The notes: generated by a model from the sequence alone, not told the origin. A DNA stretch of 64,000 bases from an uncultured Chloroflexia bacterium (GCA_963718085.1 CAVQYA010000001.1:196811-260810), one strand, 5' to 3'. Numbered from the stretch's first letter, positions 43,630 to 56,962 are shown. Numbers and translations are program-made.

Positions 43630-43630
43630 G

Positions 43631-44596
43631 ATGCTGACGCTGGACCGGGTGAGCAAGAGCTACCGTGTCGGGCTGTTCGGCGGCTCCGAGCTCCGGGCCG
43701 TGCAGGACGTCTCCTTCGGGATCCAGCCGGGCGAGGTCGTCTCGCTGATCGGCGAGAGCGGCAGCGGCAAGTCGACGATCGGCAAGATGATCCTGCGGCT
43801 CCTCACGGTCAACGGGGGCACGATCACCGTAGACGGCGTCGACATCGCCGGCCTGGGCGGCGCCGGCCTGCGGGCGTACTACCGGTCCGTGCAGGGCGTC
43901 TTCCAGGATCCCTTCAGCTCCTGCAACCCGATCTTCAAGGTCGACCACCTCTTCAGCCTCCTGCGCGACGTCTACTTCGGCGGACTCGGCGAGGCGGAGT
44001 GGCGGACCCGGCAGGCCGCGGCCCTGGTCGCGGTGAACCTCGAGCCCGGCCAGGTCCTCCACAAGTTCCCGCACCAGCTGAGCGGCGGCCAGCTGCAGCG
44101 GCTCCTCATCGCGCGGGCGCTCCTCCTCGAGACGCAGTACCTCGTGGCCGACGAGATCATCAGCATGCTCGACGCCTCGACGCGGATCGACGTGCTCAAT
44201 CTCCTGGGCGATCTCAAGGCTCGCGGCCTGGGCATCCTGTTCATCACCCACGACCTGTCGCTCGGCAACTACATCAGCGCGCGAACGGTGATCCTCCGTC
44301 GCGGCCGGATCGTCGAGATGGGCGCGACGGCCAAGGTCTTCGGCAACCCGCTCCATCCGTACACGAAGATGCTCCTGGCCTCCGTGCCGCACCTCCACGA
44401 CCGCTGGGGGAAGGAGGGCGAGGTCGCGGCCGCCTGGGCGGCCGCCGCCACGGCGTCGGCGGCTGGACCATGCCTCTACCATGCCGCGTTCCCCTCCGGC
44501 GACGAGCGGCCGGGCGACGACCGTCCGGCCCTGGCGACGATCGAACCTGATCACCTCGTCGGCTGCTGCCGTGCGGAGGGCGAGGGCGCCTGCTGA
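43631..44596 (+). CDS. ABC transporter ATP-binding protein (DppF-like)
   Basis: Walker A GESGSGKST, signature LSGGQLQR. Confidence 0.85.
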   Translation: MLTLDRVSKSYRVGLFGGSELRAVQDVSFGIQPGEVVSLIGESGSGKSTIGKMILRLLTVNGGTITVDGVDIAGLGGAGLRAYYRSVQGVFQDPFSSCNPIFKVDHLFSLLRDVYFGGLGEAEWRTRQAAALVAVNLEPGQVLHKFPHQLSGGQLQRLLIARALLLETQYLVADEIISMLDASTRIDVLNLLGDLKARGLGILFITHDLSLGNYISARTVILRRGRIVEMGATAKVFGNPLHPYTKMLLASVPHLHDRWGKEGEVAAAWAAAATASAAGPCLYHAAFPSGDERPGDDRPALATIEPDHLVGCCRAEGEGAC

Positions 44597-44739
44597 TTTC
44601 CTGGGCCGGCCGCCCGGTCTCCTCCACGGGCGGCCGGCCCGCTCCCTCGGCCTGGACCGCGCCCCCAGCCGGCTCGCTCCCTCGGCCGGCGGGCGGCCGA
44701 TCGAGCGGCGCTGACACTGTTGGACGACGCGGCCTCGGC

Positions 44740-45135
44740 CTCGTCATGTGATGACCGTGTGCGCATCGCCGGGGCATCAGCCGGGCAACGGGCCGCCGAC
44801 CGGCCGGGCGACGCGGCCCTCGGCCTCGTCATGTGATGACCGTGTGCGCATCGCCGGGGCATCAGCCGGGCAACGGGCCGCCGACCGGCCGGGCGACGCG
44901 GCCCTCGGCCTCGTCATGTGATGACCGTGTGCGCATCGCCAGGGCATCAGCCGGGCATGTGCACGTACACTTCTGGCGGCATGCCCGACGCCGTCGCCGA
45001 GCGGACCGTCGCCGTCGCCGAGCAGCGCGCGTCGCTGGACGCCTGATGCGCGCTTGATGCGGACACGGTCATCACCTTTGGCCGGGGTTCCCCGGGAGCC
45101 ATGGCCATTCGGGGCCGTGATCCTCACGCGGCGCG
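44740..45135. mobile_element. Complex palindromic MITE/REP-like element, family A locus 2 (85-bp unit ×~2.6 plus inverted right core)
   Basis: CGTCATGTGATGACCGTGTGCGCATCGCCGGGGCATCAGCCGGG units. Right end CCTGATGCGCGCTTGATGCGGACACGGTCATCAC … GTGATCCTCACGCGGCG. It lies immediately upstream of gatB. Confidence 0.55.
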
Positions 45136-45682
45136 CACGGGTTGTCCCCGGACGGCAGATCGTGGCTGCGCGGGCAGGGCCGCGATCCCTATGCCACACT
45201 CCCGCCCATGGGTGTCCTGCTCGTGACCTGCGGATTCGTGCTGACCGGCGTGGGCTCCTGGTCCGGCTATCGGAATGCGCGGGACGCGGTGACCCCGGCC
45301 GTCCACGACGGCGACCCGACGCGCTCGGCGATCGACGGCGCCCGGCCGCTCCTTGCCCGGCGCGCAGCGCGCCGGTTCGCACGCTCGCTGGCCGTCGCGG
45401 CCGTCTGGCTCGCCCTCGCCCTGTACGGGGTCTTCCTCGTCTCGGCCGGCACGATCCTGGGCGGGCACCCGTGAGCGCCACGCTCAACGCCCTCGAGCGG
45501 CGCGGCGGACATGGACGGGCACGACTGGCACGATCCTGGGCGGGCACGCGTTGAGCGCGGCGGCCCTGGGCGGGCACGAGCCAGGGCGGGCACGCGTGAG
45601 CGCCGCGACGCCGGCCGTGCGCGGGTGAGCGCCGCGACCCCGGCCGTGCACGCATGAGCGCCACGCCCCCGGCCGTGCACGC

Positions 45683-47191
45683 ATGAGCGCCGCGACCCCC
45701 GCCCTCGAGCGCTACGAGGCGGTCATCGGCATCGAGGTCCACTGCCAGGTCCGGACCGCGAGCAAGATGTTCTGCGCCTGCGCCGTGCCGCCGACCGACG
45801 CTGCCCCGAACACCCACACCTGCCCGGTCTGCCTGGCCCTGCCGGGCGTCCTGCCCACGATCAACCGCGCGGCGGTCGAGCACGTCCTCACGACCGGCCT
45901 CGCCATCGGGGCGACGGTGCCGGCCGCCACCCGCTGGGACCGCAAGAACTACTTCTACCCGGACCTGCCCAAGGGCTACCAGATCAGCCAGTACGACCTG
46001 CCCCTGGCCTCGAACGGCTCGCTCACGGTGGACACGTCCGAGGGACCCGTCCGGATCGGGATCACCCGCGCCCACCTCGAGGAGGACACGGCAAAGCTCG
46101 TCCACGCTGCCGGCCCCGACGGGCGCCGGGTGAGCCTGGTCGACTTCAACCGCGCCGGCGTGCCGCTCATGGAGATCGTCACCGAGCCCGACATCCGGAC
46201 CGCAGAGCAGGCCCGCCGCTACGCGGAGGAGCTGCGGCTCCTGCTGCGGACCATCGACGTCTCCGACGCCGAGATGGAGAACGGGCAGATGCGGGTCGAG
46301 GCGAACGTCTCGCTCCGGCCTCGGGGGACGGAGCCGTTCGGCATCCGGACCGAGGTCAAGAACATGAACTCGCTGCGGGCGGTAGAGCGCGCGATTGCCT
46401 TCGAGATCGAGCGCCAGGCGGCCGCCCTCGACGCCGGCGAGACGCTTCGCCAGGAGACGCGCGGCTGGGACGACGGCGCCGGGGCGACCTACGTCATGCG
46501 GGTCAAGGAATCCTCGGACGACTACCGCTACTTCCCCGAGCCCGACCTGCCGCCGCTCCACCTGGACCCGGAGTGGCTGGACGCGCTGCGGGCCGCGCTC
46601 CCGGAGCTGCCGGCGGCCCGCCGGGCGCGCTACGTGGGCGAGCTCGGCCTCTCCCCGTACGACGCCGCCGTGCTGACCAGTGACGAGGCGATGAGACGCG
46701 CCTTCGAGGCGATTCGCGCGGCCGGTCCCGCCCTGCCCGCGAAGGACGTCGCGAACCTGGTGACCGGCGACTACGGCCGGGCCCTGAAGGAAACCGCGGC
46801 GCGAAACGCTGCCGGCCTCGCCGGTCGCGCCGACGCCGCGTCGCTTGCCCACGTGCTCGGCGAGGTGCTCGCCGGGCGGCTCTCGCGGCCGAACGCGAAG
46901 GAGGTCGTGGCCGAGCACGTCGCCGGCGGTGCCGCGGCGCCCGGGATCATCGCCGCCCGGGGCTTCGCCCAGATCTCGGACGCGAGCGCCGTGCGTCGCC
47001 TCGTGGCCGAGGCGATCGTGGCGAACCCGGCCGCCGTCGAGGACTACCGAGCCGGCAAGTCCCAGGCAGTCGGCTTCCTCGTGGGCCAGGTGATGAAGGC
47101 GTCGCGCGGCCGGGCCAACGCGGCGCTCGTGCAGGCGGCCCTCCGGGAGCGGCTGGGGCCGCCGGCGCCGGCCGACGAGGGTCCCCGGTGA
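45683..47191 (+). CDS. gatB: Amidotransferase subunit B
   Basis: …ERYEAVIGIEVHCQVRTASKMFC… and full-length GatB collinearity. Confidence 0.9.
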   Translation: MSAATPALERYEAVIGIEVHCQVRTASKMFCACAVPPTDAAPNTHTCPVCLALPGVLPTINRAAVEHVLTTGLAIGATVPAATRWDRKNYFYPDLPKGYQISQYDLPLASNGSLTVDTSEGPVRIGITRAHLEEDTAKLVHAAGPDGRRVSLVDFNRAGVPLMEIVTEPDIRTAEQARRYAEELRLLLRTIDVSDAEMENGQMRVEANVSLRPRGTEPFGIRTEVKNMNSLRAVERAIAFEIERQAAALDAGETLRQETRGWDDGAGATYVMRVKESSDDYRYFPEPDLPPLHLDPEWLDALRAALPELPAARRARYVGELGLSPYDAAVLTSDEAMRRAFEAIRAAGPALPAKDVANLVTGDYGRALKETAARNAAGLAGRADAASLAHVLGEVLAGRLSRPNAKEVVAEHVAGGAAAPGIIAARGFAQISDASAVRRLVAEAIVANPAAVEDYRAGKSQAVGFLVGQVMKASRGRANAALVQAALRERLGPPAPADEGPR

Positions 47192-47265
47192 GCGTCAGCG
47201 GGTGCGGCATCGTCGTCGGAGCCTCTGCCGCCCGGCCGCCGCGTGTCCCCGACGGGGGTCCCCGG

Positions 47266-47549
47266 TGAGCGTCGTCGGATACGCCATCGTCGTCGCGGGC
47301 GTCGTCCTCTTCGCCCTCGGCTATGCCCGCGCCCGCGACCCGTGGCGCCGCTACCGGGGGCTGAAGGCGCAGGACGCGAACGCCGCGCGCTATCGAGCCT
47401 GGCGCGGCGGGGCCTCGTCGGCAGGGGAGGGCAAGACCGGCGCGTCGGTCGCGATGGCGATCCTTCGCCGCGAGATCCGCACCTGGGCTGCCGTCGCCGC
47501 GCTTGGCGTCGGGCTCGTGATCGTCGGCTACATCGTCGCCACGAGCTGA
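47266..47549 (+). CDS. Small membrane protein (2 TM), hypothetical
   Basis: GTG start inside a duplicated 18-bp motif GGGTCCCCGGTGAGCGTC that also forms the gatB stop region. Hydrophobic helices present. Confidence 0.35.
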
Positions 47550-47747
47550 GGCGGGCCGCATACGGCGTCGATGTCGGGAAGATTGCACGCGCCATCCCGC
47601 GACGTGCATACTCCTGTTCAACCGGACCACCGGCCCCCAGATCGCGCCACCGCACGAAGCGGGACGCGACCACCATTGACGCCCCGCAGCTCCCGGCCGT
47701 CGCCCCCCCGGCCGTGACGCGCGGGCCGCGCAAAAGGAGGAGAGTCC

Positions 47748-48896
47748 TTGCGCACGCCTCGTGGGCTGCTCGTCACTTTCGCAGCAGCCTCCATCCTGTT
47801 CGCCGCCTGTGGCGGCGGCGCCACCCCCACCCCGGCCCCGACGGCCGCTCCGACTGCGGCCCCGACGGCCGCTCCAACGGCGGCCCCGACCCCGGCCCCC
47901 ACGCCGGTCCCGACCGCGGCCCCGCCCTCCGTCGCCCTGGCCTGCGAAGTCAGCGACACCGGCGGCATCGACGACAAGGGCTTCAACGCCAACGCCTGGA
48001 AGGGCATGGAGGACGCCAAGGCCGCCGGCATCGCCAAGGAAGTCAAGTTCCTGGAGTCGACGGCAGAGACCGACTACGCCCGGAACATCGACACGTTCAT
48101 CGGCGAGAAGTGCGACATCATCACGACGGTCGGCTTCCTGCTCGGTGATGCCACGGCGGCCGCCGCGAAGGCGAACACCGGCGTGAAGTTCTCGATCGTC
48201 GACTTCGCCTACGACCCGACGATCCCGAACGTCCTGGGCCTCACCTTCCAGACCGACGAGGCGGCGATGCTCGCCGGCTACCTCGCGGCCGGGATGAGCA
48301 AGTCCGGCGTCGTCGGCACCTTCGGCGGCATCAACATCCCGCCGGTCACGATCTTCATGGACGGCCTCGCGGCCGGCATCAACTACTACAACAAGGAAAA
48401 GGGCACCAAGGTCAAGCTGCTCGGCTGGGACGCAGTCAAGAAGGATGGCTCGTTCACGGGCGACTTCTCCGACAAGGACAAGGGCAAGCAGCTCACCGCG
48501 GGCTTCATCCAGGAAGGCGCGGACATCATCGTCCCGGTCGCCGGGCCGGTCGGCCTCGGCGCCGCCGCCGCCGTCCAGGAGGCGAAGGCCCAGGGCGTCA
48601 TGCTCATCGGCGTCGACACGGACCAGTTCGTCTCGGCACCCGAGTACGGCGACGTCACCCTGACCTCGATCATGAAGCGGATCGACAACGCGGTCCTGGC
48701 GTCCGTCAAGGCAGTTGCCGACGGCACGTTCGCAGGCGGCGTCTACGTCGGCACCCTCGCCAACGAGGGCGTCGGCCTGGCCCCGTTCCACGATTTCGAC
48801 GCCGCGGTTACGGCCGACCTCAAGGCGGGGATCGACGCCCTCAAGGCGAAGATCATCGACGGGTCGGTCAAGGTCTCCGCCTACTTCGCGCCCTAG
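47748..48896 (+). CDS. BMP-family (PnrA/Med-like) ABC transporter substrate-binding lipoprotein, probably nucleoside-binding
   Basis: Lipobox LFAAC, an APT-rich linker, and BMP-family core. TTG start with AAAGGAGG upstream. Confidence 0.75.
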   Translation: MRTPRGLLVTFAAASILFAACGGGATPTPAPTAAPTAAPTAAPTAAPTPAPTPVPTAAPPSVALACEVSDTGGIDDKGFNANAWKGMEDAKAAGIAKEVKFLESTAETDYARNIDTFIGEKCDIITTVGFLLGDATAAAAKANTGVKFSIVDFAYDPTIPNVLGLTFQTDEAAMLAGYLAAGMSKSGVVGTFGGINIPPVTIFMDGLAAGINYYNKEKGTKVKLLGWDAVKKDGSFTGDFSDKDKGKQLTAGFIQEGADIIVPVAGPVGLGAAAAVQEAKAQGVMLIGVDTDQFVSAPEYGDVTLTSIMKRIDNAVLASVKAVADGTFAGGVYVGTLANEGVGLAPFHDFDAAVTADLKAGIDALKAKIIDGSVKVSAYFAP

Positions 48897-48958
48897 CGGA
48901 TCTCCGCTTCCAGCGCGGCCTCTCAGTCATCGAGCGGCGCCCTCCGGGGCGCCGCTCG

Positions 48959-50592
<1,634 letters not shown>

Positions 50593-50596
<4 letters not shown>

Positions 50597-51888
50597 GCGA
50601 GCCCGGGTCGGGCGCGTTGCCGCTCGCGGTCCCGGAGGAGGACCTCCCGGCCCCGGCCTCGGCCGCGGCTCCCGAGGAGCGCGGGTCCGGCCGCGTCGCG
50701 AACCTGGCCCGCCGCGCCCTGGTCCCGTTCCTGTCGATCGTGACCGCGTTCATCGTGGGCGCCCTCGTGATCATCTTCTCCGACCCCGCCACGCTCAAGC
50801 TCCTCACGAGCGACCCCCTGGCAGCCGCCCAGCGCGCCATCGGGCAGGTCGCCAGCGCCTACTCGGCCCTCCTGACGGGCGCGCTCGGGAATCCCGGGCA
50901 GATCGTCAACGCCCTCGCGTCGGGGGAGCAGAGGCAGATCGCCCGCGCGTTCGTGCCGATAAGCGAGACGATCCTGAACGCGACGCCGCTGATCTTCACC
51001 GGGCTCTCGGTGGCCCTCGGCTTCCGCTCCGGCCTCTTCAACATCGGGGCCGAGGGCCAGCTCTACATCGGCGCCATCTTCGCCACGTTCGTCGGCTTCT
51101 CGGTCACCGGGCTCCCGATCTTCATCCACCTGCCGCTGGCGGTGCTCGCCGGCTTCGCGGGCGGGGCCCTGTGGGGCTTCTTCCCGGGCTTCCTGAAGGC
51201 ACGCACGGGAGCCCACGAGGTGATCGTCACGATCATGCTCAACTACACGGCCTTCCGGGTGCTGGACTGGGTCCTCAAGACGAACGTCTTCCAGCGCGAG
51301 GGCCGCAACGACCCGATCTCGAAGTTCGTCGAGGTTTCTGCCACCTTCCCGCGCTTCGTCGACGACGCCGCGCTGCGGGCCAACTTCTCGACGCTGCTCG
51401 CCCTCGTCGTCGCGCTCGCCATCTCGTGGCTGCTCTTCCGCTCGATCCGCGGCTTCGAGTTCCGGGCAGTCGGCCTCAACCCGGGGGCAGCGCGCTACGC
51501 GGGCATGAACATCGGGCGCACGATGGTCCTCACGATGCTCATCTGTGGCGGGCTGGCCGGCCTGGCAGGCACGACCCAGGTGCTCGGCCCGAGCCGGACG
51601 CTCACGCCCGGCTTCTCGCCGGGCTGGGGCTTCGACGGCATCGCCGTCGCCCTGATCGGCGGGTCGCGCCCGCTCGGAGTCGTCCTCGCCGCCTTCCTCT
51701 TCGGCGCCCTGCGCGCCGGGGCGACCCCGATGCAGGCCGCGACCGGGATCCCGATCGACCTCGTCGTCGTGATCCAGGCCCTGGTCATCATGTTCGTCGC
51801 GGCGCCGGCGCTCGTGCGCGGGATCTACCGCCTGCGGACCGGGCACGCCACGGGCATCGAGGTCTTCGCGAAGGGGTGGGGCTCGTGA
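50593..51888 (+). CDS. ABC transporter permease (BMP-system, BPD_transp_2-like)
   Basis: Polytopic. Overlaps neighbours by 4 nt. Confidence 0.75.
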
Positions 51889-53153
51889 GCGCCGCCACCG
51901 CTCTCGCCGTCGAGGCGCGCCCCGCGGGGCTGACCCGCCAGCGCGTGCTCGGGATCGTCTACCTGGTCCTGGCGGCGGCCATCGCGGTGATCTTCACGAA
52001 GGTGCCCGACGGCGCCCAGTCGACGTTCGGGCTCAACCTTGGCCCGAGCCCCGCCGTCAGGCTGCCGGACTTCGTCATACCCAGCGCGATCACGGCCTGG
52101 GTCCTGGCGGCGCTCTGCGCGTTCAGCGGCGCCGTCCAGCTGGTGCGCGGGTTCGGGACACGCTGGGCCGCCGTCCTCGGCCTGGTGGCCCTCGCGTTCA
52201 CCTTCGGCTTCCTGACCTGGGCGACGGCCGACAAGTCGGTCTCCCTCGTGGGCATCCTCCAGACCACCGTCCAGCGGGCGACCCCGCTTACGTTCGCGGC
52301 GATCTCCGGCCTCCTGTGCGAACGGGCCGGCGTCGTCAACATCGCGATCGAGGGGATGCTGCTCGCAGGCGCCTTCACCGGCGCCGTCGTCGGCAGCATC
52401 GCGGCCAACCCCTGGGTGGGGGTACTGGGGGCCGCCCTCGTGGGAGCCGCGCTGGCCTGGGTCCTCGCGGTCCTCGCGATCCGCTACTTCGTGGACCAGA
52501 TCATCGCGGGCACGGTCATCAACATCTTCGCCCTCGGCATCACGAGCTTCCTGTCGGCGCGCGTGCTGCAGACGAACGCCGCTCTGAACAACCCGCCGCG
52601 CCTCACCCCGTTCCCCATCCCGATCCTCGCCGACATCCCGATCCTGGGCCCGATCCTGTTCAACCACAGCGTGTTCGTGTACGGGATGTTCCTCCTCGTG
52701 ATCGTGGTCAACATCGCCCTCTTCCGGACCCGCTGGGGCCTGCGCGTGCGCGCGGTCGGCGAGCATCCCAAGGCGGCCGACACGGTCGGCATCAACGTCC
52801 TCCGCACGCGCTACACGAACGTGGTCATGGCCGGCATGGTGGCCGGGATCGGCGGCGCCTACCTGACGATCGGGTCCACCGGCAGCTTCGACCAGAACAT
52901 GTCCGCCGGCCGCGGGTTCATCGGCCTGGCGGCCATGATCTTCGGCGGCTGGAACCCGGTCGGCGCCTTCCTGGCGAGCCTGGTCTTCGGCTTCGCCGAC
53001 TCGCTGCAGGCGCGCCTCTCGATCCTCGGCGTGCCCATCCCGTCCGAGTTCCTCCTGATGCTGCCGTACATCGTCACGATCATCGTGGTTGCCGGCCTCG
53101 TCGGCCGGGTCCGGGCGCCCGCGGCCGACGGCAAGCCGTACCGCAAGGAATGA
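51885..53153 (+). CDS. ABC transporter permease 2 (BMP-system)
   Basis: GTG overlaps the upstream stop (GTGA). Polytopic. It lies inside ORF-track entry 50499..53153 in the correct frame. Confidence 0.75.
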   Translation: MSAATALAVEARPAGLTRQRVLGIVYLVLAAAIAVIFTKVPDGAQSTFGLNLGPSPAVRLPDFVIPSAITAWVLAALCAFSGAVQLVRGFGTRWAAVLGLVALAFTFGFLTWATADKSVSLVGILQTTVQRATPLTFAAISGLLCERAGVVNIAIEGMLLAGAFTGAVVGSIAANPWVGVLGAALVGAALAWVLAVLAIRYFVDQIIAGTVINIFALGITSFLSARVLQTNAALNNPPRLTPFPIPILADIPILGPILFNHSVFVYGMFLLVIVVNIALFRTRWGLRVRAVGEHPKAADTVGINVLRTRYTNVVMAGMVAGIGGAYLTIGSTGSFDQNMSAGRGFIGLAAMIFGGWNPVGAFLASLVFGFADSLQARLSILGVPIPSEFLLMLPYIVTIIVVAGLVGRVRAPAADGKPYRKE

Positions 53154-54193
53154 GCGCGGAGGGGACCGCGGCCGCCGCACCCGGCGCCTCCGCCGCGTAC
53201 TCCGCCGCCGCCCCGGCGATCCCGGTTCACCCGGCGGCGGCCGACGCCGGTGCCCGCGGCGCCCCGCGGCCCATCATCCTCGACTGCGACCCGGGGCACG
53301 ACGACGCGCTGGCGATCACGCTCGCCCTCGCCCGCCCCGAGCTGCACCTCCTCGGCATCACCACGGTCGGCGGCAACTCGCCGCTGGCCAACACCACGCG
53401 CAATGCCCTCCGCGTGCTGGCGCTGCTCGGCCGGAGCGACGTCCCCGTCGCGCCGGGGGCCGAGCGGGCGCTCCTCCGCGACAACTGGATCCCGGTGGAG
53501 TTCCACGGCGAGAGCGGCCTCGACGGGGCGGACCTGCCGGAGCCGGCCGCCGCCCCGCGTCCCGAGGGGGCGCTGGCGCTGACGGAGGCGCTGCTGGCGG
53601 GCGCCGGGCGGCCGGTCACGCTCGTGGCGACCGGCCCCCTGACGAACGTGGCCCTCCTCCTGCGCGCCCGACCTCGGATCAGCGAGGGCATCGAGAGGAT
53701 CTGCCTGATGGGCGGCTCGCTGGGGGAGGGGAACACGACCGCGGCCGCGGAGTTCAACATCTGGCAGGACCCGGAGGCCGCCGCGATCGTCTTCGGCAGC
53801 GGGATCCCGATCTCGATGATGGGGCTCGACGTCACCCACCGGGCGCTCTTCCTGGAGCCGGACGTGGCGCGCCTCGAGGCCCTGGACACCCGGATCGCCC
53901 GCGTCTGGGTGGACCTCCTCCGCTTCTTCGCGATCTACCACCGCCGCCGCTACGGCTGGGACGGATCGCCGATCCACGACGCCGTCGCGGTGGCCCACCT
54001 GGCGGTGCCCGGCCTCGTGACGACGCGGCTGCTCCGTGTCGACGTGGAGACCGCCGGCGACCTGACCCGGGGCCGCACGGTCGCCGACCCCGAGGGCCTC
54101 CGGCAGCTCCCCGCGAACGTCGAGGCCGGCGTCGACATCGACCGGGCGCAGTTCGTGGACATGCTGGTGGAGGCGATCGCCTCGTTCGGCTGA
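53150..54193 (+). CDS. Nucleoside hydrolase (inosine-uridine preferring, IUNH family)
   Basis: DCDPGHDDALAI Asp-cluster motif. ATG overlaps the upstream stop (ATGA). Confidence 0.85.
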   Translation: MSAEGTAAAAPGASAAYSAAAPAIPVHPAAADAGARGAPRPIILDCDPGHDDALAITLALARPELHLLGITTVGGNSPLANTTRNALRVLALLGRSDVPVAPGAERALLRDNWIPVEFHGESGLDGADLPEPAAAPRPEGALALTEALLAGAGRPVTLVATGPLTNVALLLRARPRISEGIERICLMGGSLGEGNTTAAAEFNIWQDPEAAAIVFGSGIPISMMGLDVTHRALFLEPDVARLEALDTRIARVWVDLLRFFAIYHRRRYGWDGSPIHDAVAVAHLAVPGLVTTRLLRVDVETAGDLTRGRTVADPEGLRQLPANVEAGVDIDRAQFVDMLVEAIASFG

Positions 54194-54229
54194 GCGGCGG
54201 AGCGGCGCGGATCGCCCGTCCGCGACGCC

Positions 54230-54614
54230 TCAGAGAATGCCGCGGCGCAGCTCCCCGAGCCGCGCGTCCGAGATCCCCAGGTGGTGCGCGAGCTCGTGGC
54301 GCAGCGTCTCCTCGACGCCGGCGACGAGCGCCGCCGGGCCGTGGTACGAGCGCTCCAGGGGCCCACGGTAGAGAGTGATCACGCTGGGGACGGCGGCGTG
54401 GCCGGCACCGAGCACCGTCCGGGGCACGCCCCGGTAGAGGCCCAGGAGCCCCGCTGCCCCGGTCGACGCGAGCTCCTCGGCCGTCGCCTCGTCGGCGACG
54501 ACGACCGCCACCGTCGTCAGCTGGGCCCGGTACTCGCTCGGGGAGGCGCTCGATCGCGGCAGCCAGGGCAGTCTCGAAGAGGTCGGGGCCATCGGCACCC
54601 TCGCGCGCGTCCAT
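54230..54614 (-). CDS. COG3824-type minimal Zn-metallopeptidase (HExxH: HELAHH), with an apparent frameshift at ~54540
   Basis: The N-terminus MDAREGADGPDLFETALAAAIERLP… is in the frame of ORF 53832..54614. The C-terminus …EYRAQLTTVAVVVADEATAEE…RHELAHHLG is in the frame of ORF 54230..54751. One extra C in CTCCCCGAG on the coding strand joins them. Confidence 0.6.
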
Positions 54615-54771
54615 GCCCGCAGCGTACTCGTGCCCGTCCGATCCGTCCGGCGGGCGACGGCGCGACGCTGCTGATGGCGGTGTCGGCGCCCGACGCCGGA
54701 CCGCTCACAATCCTCATGACTCCCGGGCAACAGATAGACACGAAGCCACAATTCGACGATAATCCACCGGT

Positions 54772-55209
54772 ATGACGAAGCCGCGCGACAGCCACTCCTC
54801 CCGCCTTCGGGTCGGCCAGGCCGCCGAGATGCTGGGCGTCTCGATCGAGACGCTGCGCCGCTGGGAGGCCGAGGGTCGTCTCCGGATGGAGCGGTCCGCG
54901 GGCGGGCAGCGACTCGTCGCGATCGAGGAGGTCGCGCGCCTGCTCGACGCCCACCGGAAGGCCTCGATCGATCGGCCGATCGTCGCCCAGTCGGCGCGCA
55001 ACCGGTTCGCGGGCATCGTCACCCGGATCGAGCGCGATCGTCTCGTCGCCGTCGTGGAGGTCATCGCGGGTCCGCATCGAATCGTCAGCCTGATGACTGC
55101 CGAAGCGGTCGAGGATCTCGACCTCAAGGTCGGCGACGAGGCGGTCTGCGTGGTCAAGGCGACCAACGTCATCGTCGAGATCCCGTCATCCAGGGAGTCG
55201 CGCCCATGA
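54772..55209 (+). CDS. MerR-type HTH fused to a TOBE/Mop molybdate-binding domain (putative molybdate-responsive regulator)
   Basis: HTH LRVGQAAEMLGVSIETLRRWEAEGRL. C-terminal SARNRFAGIVTRIE…KATNVIV Mop motif. Confidence 0.7.
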   Translation: MTKPRDSHSSRLRVGQAAEMLGVSIETLRRWEAEGRLRMERSAGGQRLVAIEEVARLLDAHRKASIDRPIVAQSARNRFAGIVTRIERDRLVAVVEVIAGPHRIVSLMTAEAVEDLDLKVGDEAVCVVKATNVIVEIPSSRESRP

Positions 55210-56080
55210 GTCCCCGCCCCGCCGCCCTCGTCGCCATGCTGGCCCTCGTCCTTGGGGGCTGCGCGAGCGGCGGGTCGCCTGCGCCGAGCAGCCCTCCCGC
55301 GACGCCGGCGGCTCCGGCGTCGAGCGCGCCCGCGACGGCGGCGCCTGGCACCACCGCGACCCCGGCGGCCAACGTCAACCTGACGATCTACGGTGCGGCG
55401 TCGCTCAAGGGCGCGCTCGAGAAGGCCAGGACCGCGTACGAGGCGGCTGTCCCGGGCGTGACGCTGACGATCTCGACCGACTCCTCGTCAGCGCTCGAGA
55501 CGAAGATCGAGCAGGGCGCCCCCGCCGACGTCTTCCTTTCGGCGGACACCTCCAACCCGAAGAAGCTCGTCGACGCAGGCTTCGCCGATGGCGCCCCCGT
55601 CAACTTCGCCGGCAACAAGCTGACGGTCATCGTGCCCGCCGGCAACCCCGCGGGCATCACGACGCCCGCCGACCTCGCCAGGGCCGGCGTCAAGGTGATC
55701 GCGGCCGGCGACGCGGTGCCGATCACGAAGTACGCGGGCCAGCTCGTCGCCAACCTCGCGAAGGAGCCAGGCTACCCGGCCGACTTCGTCGCCCTCTACG
55801 CGGCGAACGTCGTCTCGAAGGAGGACAACGTCAAGGCCGTGGTCGCCAAGATCGAGCTCGGCGAGGGCGAGGCCGGCATCGTCTACGTCACCGACGCGAA
55901 GGCCTCGACGAAGGTCGCGACCGTCGACGTGCCCGACTCGGCGAACGTCCTCGCGTCCTACGACGGCGTCGTCGTGAAGGGGTCCGCCAACGCCGCCGCG
56001 GCCCGGGCCTTCCTGGCCTGGTTCGCCGGGCCCGCCGGCCAGGCGATCCTCACGAGCTTCGGGTTCCTGCTGCCGACCAC

Positions 56081-56084
<4 letters not shown>
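55206..56084 (+). CDS. modA: Molybdate ABC transporter substrate-binding protein
   Basis: Signal peptide plus lipobox LGGC. ModA-like collinearity (…GAASL…ADVF…). Confidence 0.8.

Positions 56085-56962
<878 letters not shown>

Noticed and set aside
44777-46918. 713-aa minus ORF antisense to gatB and several MPRRCAHGHH… peptides (33160..33762, 33569..34093, 44274..44862)
   Set aside because: These are translations of the family-A palindromic repeats. The same peptide recurs only because the DNA repeat recurs.
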